From Alkalicoccus daliensis (lineage in GTDB: Bacteria > Bacillota > Bacilli > Bacillales > Salisediminibacteriaceae), in assembly GCF_900103955.1 (NCBI RefSeq), contig NZ_FNIL01000014.1:1-32000 (forward strand): 32,000 bases of DNA, written 5' to 3'. Positions 25,722 to 32,000 of the stretch are shown piece after piece. Made by a program: the position numbers and the translations under genes. Every line of letters begins with the position of its first letter. Position 1 is the first letter of the stretch. Under the pieces are notes generated by a model. That model was not told the origin of the DNA. It did no database searches and saw only the letters and a list, made by a program, of their open reading frames with translations.

Positions 25722-27509
25722 ATGCGGCTTAGCGGATTTGCTACCGGAATGGATATCAATCAGATGGTGAAGGATTTAATGCAGGCGGAAAAAATGCCTT
25801 TAAAAAAATTAGAGCAGAATAAAACATCTACACAGTGGAAGATTGATCAATACAGAGAAATTAATGTGAAGATGGATAAATTCAGAAACAATACGTTTGA
25901 TAATGTCATGCGACGTGCCAATATGATGATGAATACGGTAGTGAGTTCCAACGCATCGCTTGTCACTGCGACAGGAAATGCATCTACGTTAGAAGGAACG
26001 CTGCGTTTAACAGAAGTGAAAAAACTGGCTTCCGCAGCTTCAAATGCGAGCAGTGCTCCGGTAGCTGATAAATTAAATGTGACCGGAAAACTTTCTGAAC
26101 AGAATTTTAAAGCAGCGGAAGGGGAAATGTGGAAAACAGGAACGGTAAACAGGCAGACGGTGACCGTACAGCAGTCACAATCTACCATTGATTTGAACGT
26201 GGAGCTCGGAAATCCTGATTCCACAGTCGTGCGGGTCAATGGGGTTTCTTATAAGGTAGTAGAAGAAATGCCGGAAGGCGGACTAACTGCAACACAGGTA
26301 ATGCTTGATGCGGATTCCAAACAGCTTGTATTCGGCTCTGCTTTAGCCCGGAATGCTAAGGTGGAAGTTGTGACGGCAATTGAAGGAGAAGGAACGGATA
26401 AATTCTCCATGAATTCTATTACTACTTTTAATAAAGACGGCCAGGAAGTAAAGGAAAACTTTATTGTTACCGGTAATCAGACTATGAATGAAGTTATGTC
26501 TATGCTGAACCGTTCAAAAGCAGGCGTCAGCACTTTTTATGATACAGGAACGGACCGTGTCTCCATCGTACGGAACGATACTGGAATTTTTGCTCCGGAA
26601 GGCAGTGAAATGCGTTTTTCCGGCTCCTTTTTCGAACAGGGACTAAAGCTGAGCGATACGAATGAAATTGCCGCACAAAATGCAACGTTTACGATTAACG
26701 GTTTGGAAACAACGAGGCGTTCCAATACTTTTTCGGTCAACGGCATGAACATTACGCTGCATGAAACTTTTGCAAACCGGGAAGTGAATTTAAACGTTAA
26801 GCGGGATACAGATAAAATTGTAGAAACGATTATGTCTTTTGTAAATGAATATAATGAACTTCTCGAACTGGTGAATGGTAAAACAAGCCAGGAATTTTTC
26901 CGGGATTATCCACCGCTGACAGAAGAAGAACGGCGTGAGTTATCAGAGCGGGAAGCAGAACTCTGGGATGAAAAAGCAATGAGCGGCCTGCTCCGCAATG
27001 ATTCCATGCTGAGAAACGGCATGAATAATTTCCGCCAGCAGATGTACGGCCAGGTAACAGGCGGGATTGATACGCAAATACGGCAGCTTGCCCAGATAGG
27101 AATTACCACTACGTCCAATTTCCGTGACGGCGGAAAGCTGGAAGTAAATGAAGATCGTCTTCGTGCAGCTATCGAAAGCGATGCAGAGGGTGTCTATCAG
27201 CTGTTCGCGGCAGATGGTCCCACCCAGGCAGAGCAGGGAATTGCCAGAAGAGTCCGGACGAGTGCGAATACAATGATTGAAGCGATTGCGCAGAGAGCCG
27301 GAGGAATGCGGGGACGAACGGTGAACCAGCAGTTTACGCTCGGCCGGGAAATGAACAATATCGAAGACCGGATGACGAATTTTGAGCGGCGGATGAAGCA
27401 GGTGGAGCAGCGCTACTGGACACAGTTTACTGCGATGGAAAAAGCGGTATCCCGGGCAAATTCCCAGGGAGAAGCACTTTTTGCACAAATGTACGGAGGC
27501 ATGCAGTAA
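25722..27509 (+). CDS. fliD: Flagellar filament cap protein FliD, paralog 2 (595 aa)
   Basis: MRLSGFATGMDINQMVKDLM is at the N terminus and the C-terminal domain is conserved (QIGITTTSNFRDGGKLEVNEDRL...FERRMKQVEQRYWTQFTAME). ATG 25722 lies 9 nt after AGAGGAG. Confidence 0.9.
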   Translation: MRLSGFATGMDINQMVKDLMQAEKMPLKKLEQNKTSTQWKIDQYREINVKMDKFRNNTFDNVMRRANMMMNTVVSSNASLVTATGNASTLEGTLRLTEVKKLASAASNASSAPVADKLNVTGKLSEQNFKAAEGEMWKTGTVNRQTVTVQQSQSTIDLNVELGNPDSTVVRVNGVSYKVVEEMPEGGLTATQVMLDADSKQLVFGSALARNAKVEVVTAIEGEGTDKFSMNSITTFNKDGQEVKENFIVTGNQTMNEVMSMLNRSKAGVSTFYDTGTDRVSIVRNDTGIFAPEGSEMRFSGSFFEQGLKLSDTNEIAAQNATFTINGLETTRRSNTFSVNGMNITLHETFANREVNLNVKRDTDKIVETIMSFVNEYNELLELVNGKTSQEFFRDYPPLTEEERRELSEREAELWDEKAMSGLLRNDSMLRNGMNNFRQQMYGQVTGGIDTQIRQLAQIGITTTSNFRDGGKLEVNEDRLRAAIESDAEGVYQLFAADGPTQAEQGIARRVRTSANTMIEAIAQRAGGMRGRTVNQQFTLGREMNNIEDRMTNFERRMKQVEQRYWTQFTAMEKAVSRANSQGEALFAQMYGGMQ

Positions 27510-27576
27510 CACTTTCGGTGCTTTTCGACGGAAATCAGCTTGTTAATGAATTTTTGCTTGGGCAGGGGGAAGAAAA

Positions 27577-27933
27577 TTGACGAACTTAAGAGAACTGTAT
27601 GCTTCAACTCGCGCTCTTTACGATCATCTGCTGGAAGATTTCCCTAAAGAAGATGAAAAAAGAGACAATTATATTGAAAAGGTAAATCAACTTCTTGATC
27701 AACGGGAACAGCTTATGACATCTCTTCAGCCGCCCTCTACATCCGGTGAAAAAAAAGTAGCACAGGAGATTTTCCGGTTAAATAAAGAGATTCAGGAAAA
27801 ATTAAAAACAAATCAGCAGCGGATCCAGACAGACATAAATCAGCTTAATCAGAAAAAGAACACTGGCCGCCGTTATGAAAATCCATACGATGGTCCCACT
27901 CCAGATGGTGTCTTTTTCGATTCAAAAAAATAA
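27577..27933 (+). CDS. fliT: Flagellar export chaperone FliT (Bacillus type)
   Basis: It is 118 aa with a TTG start after GGGGGA. It resembles B. subtilis FliT in length and pattern (LY..T..L.D.L.....E.RD..I..V..LL..R..L...) and has the conserved YENPY..DG.FFD tail. It lies directly after fliD. Confidence 0.7.
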   Translation: MTNLRELYASTRALYDHLLEDFPKEDEKRDNYIEKVNQLLDQREQLMTSLQPPSTSGEKKVAQEIFRLNKEIQEKLKTNQQRIQTDINQLNQKKNTGRRYENPYDGPTPDGVFFDSKK

Positions 27934-27949
27934 ATTTTAGAATTGAGTG

Positions 27950-27974
27950 TAAAATTGTGACTTTCGTCCGATAT
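27950..27974 (+). promoter_or_regulatory. SigD-like promoter upstream of flaG
   Basis: TAAA-N13-TCCGATAT has a spacer 2 nt shorter than consensus. Confidence 0.45.
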
Positions 27975-28011
27975 AAGGGATGTGGTACTTCAATTACGAG
28001 GAGTTGATCAC

Positions 28012-28395
28012 ATGGAAGTGCAATCAATGCGCTCGGGACAGGAACTGCCGCCGTTGAAAAAAACGGAAGCAGCACCTGTTCAGCTGCGACAGGCTTCAAT
28101 ACCACAAGGAAGTGCAGACAAAGGCTCCCGGGAGGATGTAACACATTCTCTGGAGCGGAGCAAGGAGTGGTCGCAGGACGATCTCGACCGGGGCATAGAA
28201 GCAATGAATGATCTTTCTGTTTTCAGAGAGAGATCCCTTGCCTTTGAGCATCATGAAAAGCTCAATCGGACAATGGTAAAAATCATTGATCGGGAAACGG
28301 AAGAAGTTGTCCGGGAAATCCCTCCAGAAAAGTTTCTGGATATGATCTCCTCCATGCTCGAATTCGCCGGTATTATTATCGACGAAAAAGTTTAA
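28012..28395 (+). CDS. flaG: Flagellar protein FlaG
   Basis: The C-terminal FlaG signature is present (LAFEHHEKLNRTMVKIIDRETEEVVREIPPEKFLDM). ATG 28012 lies 8 nt after GAGGAG. Confidence 0.85.
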   Translation: MEVQSMRSGQELPPLKKTEAAPVQLRQASIPQGSADKGSREDVTHSLERSKEWSQDDLDRGIEAMNDLSVFRERSLAFEHHEKLNRTMVKIIDRETEEVVREIPPEKFLDMISSMLEFAGIIIDEKV

Positions 28396-28400
28396 GGAAA

Positions 28401-28456
28401 ACACAAACAGCGGAAAGCCGGCAATGCTGGTTCTTTCCGCTTTTGTGTTTTTTTAT
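28401..28456 (+). terminator. flaG rho-independent terminator
   Basis: AACACAAACAGCGGAAAG-N15-CTTTCCGCTTTTGTGTT is followed by TTTTTT. Confidence 0.9.
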
Positions 28457-28478
28457 TGATTTGGAGGAGATAGTTCAG

Positions 28479-29106
28479 GATAGCGTGGTGACATGTCAGT
28501 ATAGAGGATTTATGTGTCATTATAGAGGGTTTGCATGTTAGTATAGCCGGTTTGTATTAAAGCATAGCGGCATCGGAGTAAAGCATAGCGGATTTGGAGT
28601 AAAATAAGGTGCGTGACAGTAAAATAAGCGGGCACGGACGTAAATTAGCTTCTTTATTTTAAGTTTCTCTATCGGGGAACGGTTTTAAATGAAGAAGGTA
28701 ATATGCTTTTATGGCTTTTGAGTCCGAATCAGTACAGGATAGCGTGGTGACATGTCAGTATAGAGGGTTTGCATGTTAATATAGCCGGTTTGGATTAAAG
28801 CATAGCGGCATCGGAGTAAAGCATAGCGGATTTGGAGTAAAATAAGGTGCGTGACAGTAATATAAACGGGCACGGACGTAAATTAACTTCTTTATTTTAA
28901 GTTTCTCTATCAGGAAACGGTTTTAAATGAAGAAGGTAATATGCTTTTACGACTTGCGCTCTCGGGTCAGTAAAGTATAGCGTGGTGACATGTCATTATA
29001 GAGGGTTCGCATGTTAGTATAGCCGGTTTGGATTAAAGCATAGCGGCATCGGAGTAAAGCATAGCGGATTTGGAGTAAAATAGGGTGCGTGACAGTAAAA
29101 TAAGCT
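28479..29106 (+). repeat. Tandem satellite array B: higher-order units of 259 bp, 238 bp and one partial unit, built from the same ~21-bp monomer family as array A
   Basis: TAGCGTGGTG recurs at 28482, 28741 and 28979. Monomers are of the type AGCATAGCGG(C/A)(A/T)T(C/T)GGAGTAA. The core GTAAAATAAGCGGGCA..TAAATTAGCTTCTTT..GGTTT.AATGAAG.AGGT.ATATGCTTTTA is shared with array A. Confidence 0.95.
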
Positions 29107-29170
29107 CCCCTCTTTCCCGGAACAATGAGCGGCTTCCCTTCATTTTGGAAAAGAATTTCTAGCATACACC

Positions 29171-29197
29171 TAAAACTTTCGACCTGTGTGCCGATAT
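29171..29197 (+). promoter_or_regulatory. SigD-type promoter (perfect consensus) upstream of fliS
   Basis: TAAA-N15-GCCGATAT lies ~90 bp upstream of the fliS ATG. Confidence 0.8.
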
Positions 29198-29285
29198 AAG
29201 GGACAGGTTGAAAATAACTGCTCGGCAGAAGAGTCTATGTGTTATGTGCCGAAGATTTTAATGATAGAAAGGGTGTCCATGTAGC

Positions 29286-29852
29286 ATGGCTGCAAACAAT
29301 CCATACGCAACATACAAGCAGAATTCATTTGAGACAAAGTCCGCAGGGGAATTAACGTTAATGCTTTATGAAGGCTGCCTAAAGTTTATAAAGCGGGCAG
29401 AAAAGGCAATAGATGACAATCAGATGGAAGAAAAGAATACGAATCTTATTAAAGCGCAGAATATTGTACGTGAGCTGATGGTTACTTTGGATATGAAAGT
29501 GGCAGTTAGTAAAGACATGCTGCCGATGTATGATTATATTTTAAATCAGCTGATTGAAGCAAATATGAAAAACGATAAAGAAGCACTTCAGAATGCTGCA
29601 CAGTTTGTGGCAGATTTCCGAGATACGTGGAAGGAAGTTATTAAAGCAGACAGGCAGTCCCGTCACGGGCAGAAAGCCGCCCCAGCTGAGCCGGCAGCAG
29701 CACCGTCTGAACCGGCCGCAGCTCCTTCGAAACAAGATGCTACCGTTAATCCGTATGCCAAGGCGCGGATGCAGAATCCATATGCAGCAAATGCATCAAA
29801 TCCTTATGCAAAAGCGAAGCAGGCAGCCGCCGCTGCTGCGGCAAAAGGGTAA
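29286..29852 (+). CDS. fliS: Flagellin-specific chaperone FliS with a ~68-aa low-complexity C-terminal extension
   Basis: The N-terminal 120 aa are canonical FliS (NPYATYKQNS..GELTLMLYEGCLKF...). The tail is rich in PAEPAAAPS and contains three NPYA motifs. Confidence 0.9.
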   Translation: MAANNPYATYKQNSFETKSAGELTLMLYEGCLKFIKRAEKAIDDNQMEEKNTNLIKAQNIVRELMVTLDMKVAVSKDMLPMYDYILNQLIEANMKNDKEALQNAAQFVADFRDTWKEVIKADRQSRHGQKAAPAEPAAAPSEPAAAPSKQDATVNPYAKARMQNPYAANASNPYAKAKQAAAAAAAKG

Positions 29853-29860
29853 CACGCAGA

Positions 29861-29885
29861 AAACGTCCTTTGGGGCGTTTTTTTG
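29861..29885 (+). terminator. Possible fliS terminator
   Basis: AAACGTCC-TTTG-GGGCGTTT (one G-U pair) is followed by TTTTT. Confidence 0.55.
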
Positions 29886-29948
29886 TTGATGCTGGAGTAG
29901 GTGGTATATCTAATGATATGATGAAAAAAAGGTATATGGGGTGATAAA

Positions 29949-30347
29949 TTGAAGGGAATTACAGAAAAACAGCGTATATTTTTAACGCAGTATGCAGGAT
30001 TGCTGCAGGAAATAGATGATGCTGCGCAGTATGCAGGGGAGTGTTATATCCAGGGGGACGAAGACATTGCAGACAGGCTGCTTGCTTCTGTAAGTACCGG
30101 GCTTATCCCTTATAATCCGGAAAATATGACCCTCACCTCTATTTTCATAGAGGATAAAGAAGCGATGGATCAGCTCCAGCATCATTACAGCGCCGTTCTG
30201 ACAGCAACACAGCTGACAGAAGAATTCACATCTACAAAAGAAAAAATGCAATTTTTACACGAAACTTTTATTCCGGCACTGCACCAGTGGCATTTAACTG
30301 TGCAAAAATACAATCCAAACGGAGGAAACCAATATGCCCCTCATTGA
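29949..30347 (+). CDS. Small helical hypothetical protein (132 aa) downstream of fliS
   Basis: The TTG start follows GGGGTG. The ORF overlaps the next gene's start by 14 nt. No family was recognised. Confidence 0.5.
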   Translation: MKGITEKQRIFLTQYAGLLQEIDDAAQYAGECYIQGDEDIADRLLASVSTGLIPYNPENMTLTSIFIEDKEAMDQLQHHYSAVLTATQLTEEFTSTKEKMQFLHETFIPALHQWHLTVQKYNPNGGNQYAPH

Positions 30348-31299
30348 TCTGCCTTTAGATAAACTATATACATATAATGGAAGGATGGCTAAGCCCAATG
30401 ACTTTGATGCTTATTGGGACAGAGCCCTGCAGGAACTTCAAGATACACATTCAGAAGTGGAAATTTCAAAAAGCAGCTTTCAGACATCGTTTGCGGACTG
30501 CTATGATTTATACTTTACGGGAGTAAAAGGGGCGCGTATTTATGCTAAGTATGTGCAGCCGCATCATCCTCCCGAAGGAAAAGATACGTTTCCAGCGGTG
30601 CTTGAATTTCATGGATACAGTATGAATTCCGGAGACTGGACTTCAAAGCTTGCTTACGCAGCTGCAGGATATGCTGTATTTTCTATGGATGTGCGCGGCC
30701 AGGGAGGGAAATCGGAGGATCCCGGCGGCGTTCAGGGGAATACACTGGAAGGCCATATTATCCGTGGGGCTGCAGAAGGAGAAGATTCGCTGTTTTTCCG
30801 CAATGTGTATCTGGATACAGTACAGCTGGCGAGAATCGTCATGAAGATGAAAGAGATTGATGAAACAGACGTCTCTGTAACTGGGTGGTCACAGGGGGGA
30901 GGGCTGACGCTTGCCTGTGCAGCTCTGGAACCGCGTGTGAAAAAAGCAGCAGCGGTGTACCCGTTTTTAAGTGACTATCTGCGCGTATGGGAAATGGATC
31001 TGGCAGTAGATGCATACAAAGAAATGCGCACACATTTCCGAAGACACGATCCGACCCATGAGAGAAAAGAAGAATTTTTTGCGAGGCTGAATTATATCGA
31101 TATCAGGCATTTAATGCCCCGGATAAAGGGAGAAATTATGATGGGGACAGGATTAATGGATACCGTCTGCCCTCCTTCCACGCAGTTTGCGGCCTACAAT
31201 AACATCACTTCCAAAAAAGAAGTTGTTATTTATCCGGACTTTGCCCATGAAAATCTGCCCGGGATGCATGATCGCATATGGTCATTTCTCACCAAGTAA
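30334..31299 (+). CDS. cah: CE7-family acetyl xylan esterase / cephalosporin-C deacetylase
   Basis: The nucleophile motif GWSQGGG is present, along with the family N terminus (DLPLDKLYTYNG...DFDAYWDRAL) and the C-terminal catalytic His region (YPDFAHE). Confidence 0.85.
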   Translation: MPLIDLPLDKLYTYNGRMAKPNDFDAYWDRALQELQDTHSEVEISKSSFQTSFADCYDLYFTGVKGARIYAKYVQPHHPPEGKDTFPAVLEFHGYSMNSGDWTSKLAYAAAGYAVFSMDVRGQGGKSEDPGGVQGNTLEGHIIRGAAEGEDSLFFRNVYLDTVQLARIVMKMKEIDETDVSVTGWSQGGGLTLACAALEPRVKKAAAVYPFLSDYLRVWEMDLAVDAYKEMRTHFRRHDPTHERKEEFFARLNYIDIRHLMPRIKGEIMMGTGLMDTVCPPSTQFAAYNNITSKKEVVIYPDFAHENLPGMHDRIWSFLTK

Positions 31300-31425
31300 C
31301 TCTAGGGAATTAGAAGTGTTTATGCAATTTTCTGACAAGAATGCTTTGTTTAGGTTTACCATCATCTGTTAAGTGATATAGAGACGTGTAGCGTAATTAA
31401 ATATATCAACAGGAGGTTTTAAGTA

Positions 31426-31743
31426 ATGGTAGATCCAAAAAAACAAGCGGAAGAAAAACTGGAAGATACTTCAGAAGATCGCAAACAGGAGATTCTTGAC
31501 AGCTTCCAAGGATTCCTTGATTATTTGAATAAGCAAGTAAATCGCGGTGAAAAGCTGGGTCTTGGTGAAGAGCAGCTTGCAAAAGGTGCGGAAAGAGTAG
31601 CTGAGCATTTGAAAAACCATGAAGAGCCTCAAAATTCGGAAGAAAAGCTTTTACAGGAACTCTGGAAAGTAGCAGAAGACGAAGAAAAGCGCCATATTGC
31701 ACGTGCGCTGGTACGTTTGGCACAGCAGGAAGGCAACGCATAA
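31426..31743 (+). CDS. DUF3243-family protein (YmfJ-like)
   Basis: The pattern FQGFLDYL...EKLLQELWKVAEDEEKRHIARALVRLA matches YmfJ-like proteins. RBS is AGGAGG. Confidence 0.65.
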   Translation: MVDPKKQAEEKLEDTSEDRKQEILDSFQGFLDYLNKQVNRGEKLGLGEEQLAKGAERVAEHLKNHEEPQNSEEKLLQELWKVAEDEEKRHIARALVRLAQQEGNA

Positions 31744-31757
31744 ATGAATTAAAAGTA

Positions 31758-31784
31758 AGACCGGCCGTTTTTTCTGCCGGTCTT
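31758..31784. terminator. Bidirectional terminator
   Basis: AGACCGGC-N11-GCCGGTCT lies between convergent genes and is flanked by A/T runs. Confidence 0.8.
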
Positions 31785-31792
31785 TATTTATG

Positions 31793-32000
31793 TTATTTTG
31801 TTTTTAAAATCACCGCTTCCAATGGTGCGAGATCGATATGCAGCCTCCCGTTTTCCAGAATTTGTTCCTGATCATCTGCCAAATTATAAAAAGTGCCTGT
31901 ACCAAGGTCGGAAAGAGTAACTGTCTGCCTGTTCTCCGCACTGTTCATCACAATGATAAACCGATGCAGCTCGTCACTTCTTTCGTACGCGACATACTTT
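31793..32000 (-). CDS. 3' end of a gene running off the window; its C-terminal beta-domain resembles GH13 alpha-glucosidase/amylase-family enzymes
   Basis: My own translation of the minus strand gives ...HRFIIVMNSAENRQTVTLSDLGTGTFYNLADDQEQILENGRLHIDLAPLEAVILKTK-stop. This pattern is typical of GH13 C termini. The gene is partial. Confidence 0.45.
   Translation of the reverse strand, partial: KYVAYERSDELHRFIIVMNSAENRQTVTLSDLGTGTFYNLADDQEQILENGRLHIDLAPLEAVILKTK

Noticed and set aside
1-32000. The window might contain a mobile genetic element, prophage or defence island.
   Set aside because: I could recognise no integrase, transposase, recombinase, phage structural genes, restriction or toxin-antitoxin-like genes, and no tRNA attachment site. 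The gene content is housekeeping or accessory chromosomal. The only methyltransferase is THUMP/Trm11-like, an RNA type, with no nuclease partner.

Overview
This is a chromosomal window from a Bacillus-like Firmicute. Supporting evidence includes B. subtilis-type des-desK-desR synteny, clpE behind CtsR boxes, a YxiN/DbpA helicase, yyaC and SigD-type promoters. Many proteins are strongly acidic, which suggests a halophilic or haloalkaliphilic Bacillaceae (inference). About 30 genes are supported. They include a GNAT acetyltransferase, the Des cold-shock membrane-fluidity module, a PAS-STAS protein, a THUMP-like methyltransferase and several Asn/Asp/Glu-rich lipoproteins. Also present are clpE, dbpA, yyaC, a rhodanese, a PadR-DUF2812 pair, a TetR-CDF pair, a CE7 esterase and DUF3243. 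A dispersed, rearranged late-flagellar set is present: a yjfB-like gene, two fliD paralogs, fliT, flaG and fliS, each unit preceded by a SigD-like promoter. No flagellin, csrA or fliW gene lies in the window. No transposase, integrase, CRISPR, rRNA or tRNA was seen. The most unusual, unexplained structure is a hierarchical tandem satellite: ~21-bp monomers (anchor GAGTAAA..ATAGC) are stacked into 238-262-bp higher-order units. It occurs at 1-800 (cut by the window edge) and at 28479-29106, wedged between the flaG terminator and the fliS SigD promoter. A third, more diverged 21-bp-phased array sits at 12241-12412. All three are in the same orientation. Its function is unknown; it could be a protein-binding iteron-like array, curved DNA or a structured RNA. 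Other notable items are a lipoprotein whose mature part is seven MMN-(Asp)7-9 repeats, within a tandem trio of tiny acidic lipoproteins. FliS also carries a C-terminal tail that reiterates its own N-terminal NPYA motif, and a ~130-bp conserved intergenic element is present twice.
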